Shown here piece after piece: positions 63,278 to 64,000 of a stretch of 64,000 bases of DNA (the first letter of the stretch is position 1; every line of letters starts with the position of its first letter). The notes under the pieces were generated by a model. That model had not been told where the DNA came from, did no database searches, and saw nothing but the letters and a program-made list of their open reading frames with translations. This DNA comes from Zoogloeaceae bacterium (GTDB lineage: Bacteria; Pseudomonadota; Gammaproteobacteria; Burkholderiales; Rhodocyclaceae): positions 10,651 through 74,650 of the forward strand of contig JAISRR010000175.1 in NCBI GenBank assembly GCA_031273565.1, read 5' to 3'. The position numbers and the translations under genes are program-made.

Positions 63278-63286
63278 AAGAAAAAC

Positions 63287-64000
63287 TCAGCGCTGCGCCG
63301 GAATGTGAAAATCCGCTTGCCGGGGCGGGTTTACCGCCTTTTCGCTGCGTGGCGTGCCTGCGGGCACCCAGTCGTAAGGCACGGGCTGCCCTCTATAAAT
63401 CAGAGGATTGCTGATGTTCTTGCCCGTAACAGCGTCTTTGCCGGCGCGTGGATAAGGGTTGATATATTCCCACACGATGTCACCCTCACGGGTTACCTGA
63501 AACAGACGGCCTGTCTCGCCCTCATCGATAAAGGTATTACCGTTGGGCAGGCGGCGCGCATTGCTGACATAGGGGCTGCGGAAAGACCCGGCATAACCGC
63601 CGGAGTTCTCGCCGGTGTATTGCCAGACGATTTCCTTTTTGATCGGGTCTATTTCCAGTATCCGCGAACCACCCGTGGTCGACAGTACCGCCGGGGGATA
63701 ACCTGCCTCGCCCTGATTATCGAAAACCAGCAGATTGCCCGCGCCCGGCAAACCTTCCGGGATGATGTACGCGTCATGCTGACCGCTGATCTGGTCGACG
63801 GGTCGGGGCACAGTGCGCGATTTCTGTCCGAAGCTTTCGCTTCCGGCATAGTGCGGCCCCAACAGCCAGACGACCTTGCCGCTCTTCCGGTCTATGATGG
63901 CGATGAAATTGGCGTTACGGGAATCCACCACCAGATTGTCGGGATGAAAGCGTTGGTCGCCCGCCTTGTACCAGCGGTTAGGGCCAACGACCTTCAGATT
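63287..64000 (-). CDS. Aryl-sulfotransferase (ASST) family protein, 5' end outside window
   Basis: Frame open to the window end; GPNRWY..GD.RFHPDN, QHDA, LVFDN and RLPNGNT. Confidence 0.85.
   Translation of the reverse strand, partial: NLKVVGPNRWYKAGDQRFHPDNLVVDSRNANFIAIIDRKSGKVVWLLGPHYAGSESFGQKSRTVPRPVDQISGQHDAYIIPEGLPGAGNLLVFDNQGEAGYPPAVLSTTGGSRILEIDPIKKEIVWQYTGENSGGYAGSFRSPYVSNARRLPNGNTFIDEGETGRLFQVTREGDIVWEYINPYPRAGKDAVTGKNISNPLIYRGQPVPYDWVPAGTPRSEKAVNPPRQADFHIPAQR

Noticed and set aside
63167-63286. FNR box upstream of ubiT
   Set aside because: TTGATGCCTGATCC does not fit TTGAT-N4-ATCAA and is explained by the heptamer repeat.

Overview
A GC-rich betaproteobacterial chromosome segment; gene content and order suggest Rhodocyclales (inference). 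It is mostly core genes: tldD, mnmE, a DUF485-actP-CBS/DUF294 nucleotidyltransferase-DEDDh exonuclease operon, a flagellar chemotaxis cluster (cheR-cheB-cheV-cheV-cheY-cheZ-cheA), ilvA, slt, cca, ttcA, tRNA-Gly(CCC), the pil-chp cluster (pilGHIJ-chpA), thiD-thiE-hemL, tol-pal and queE/queC. I found no integrase, transposase, prophage or cas gene. The most notable observations are: (1) signalling proteins that have lost catalytic residues, namely a GlrK/QseE-like kinase with its phospho-His replaced by Arg and no response regulator beside its QseG-like partner, a cyclase-like FHA protein without catalytic motifs, and a degenerate EAL-HDOD protein; (2) a repeat mosaic upstream of cheR containing several REP-type hairpins and a single type I-C CRISPR-like repeat; (3) dispersed heptamer tandem repeats that supply stop codons or C-termini to several genes; (4) a two-gene adenine MTase/putative REase cassette inserted between ilvA and a malY-like gene; (5) a PhnD-like binding protein coupled to a GGDEF-EAL enzyme. 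All calls come from reading motifs by eye; no searches or computations were run.
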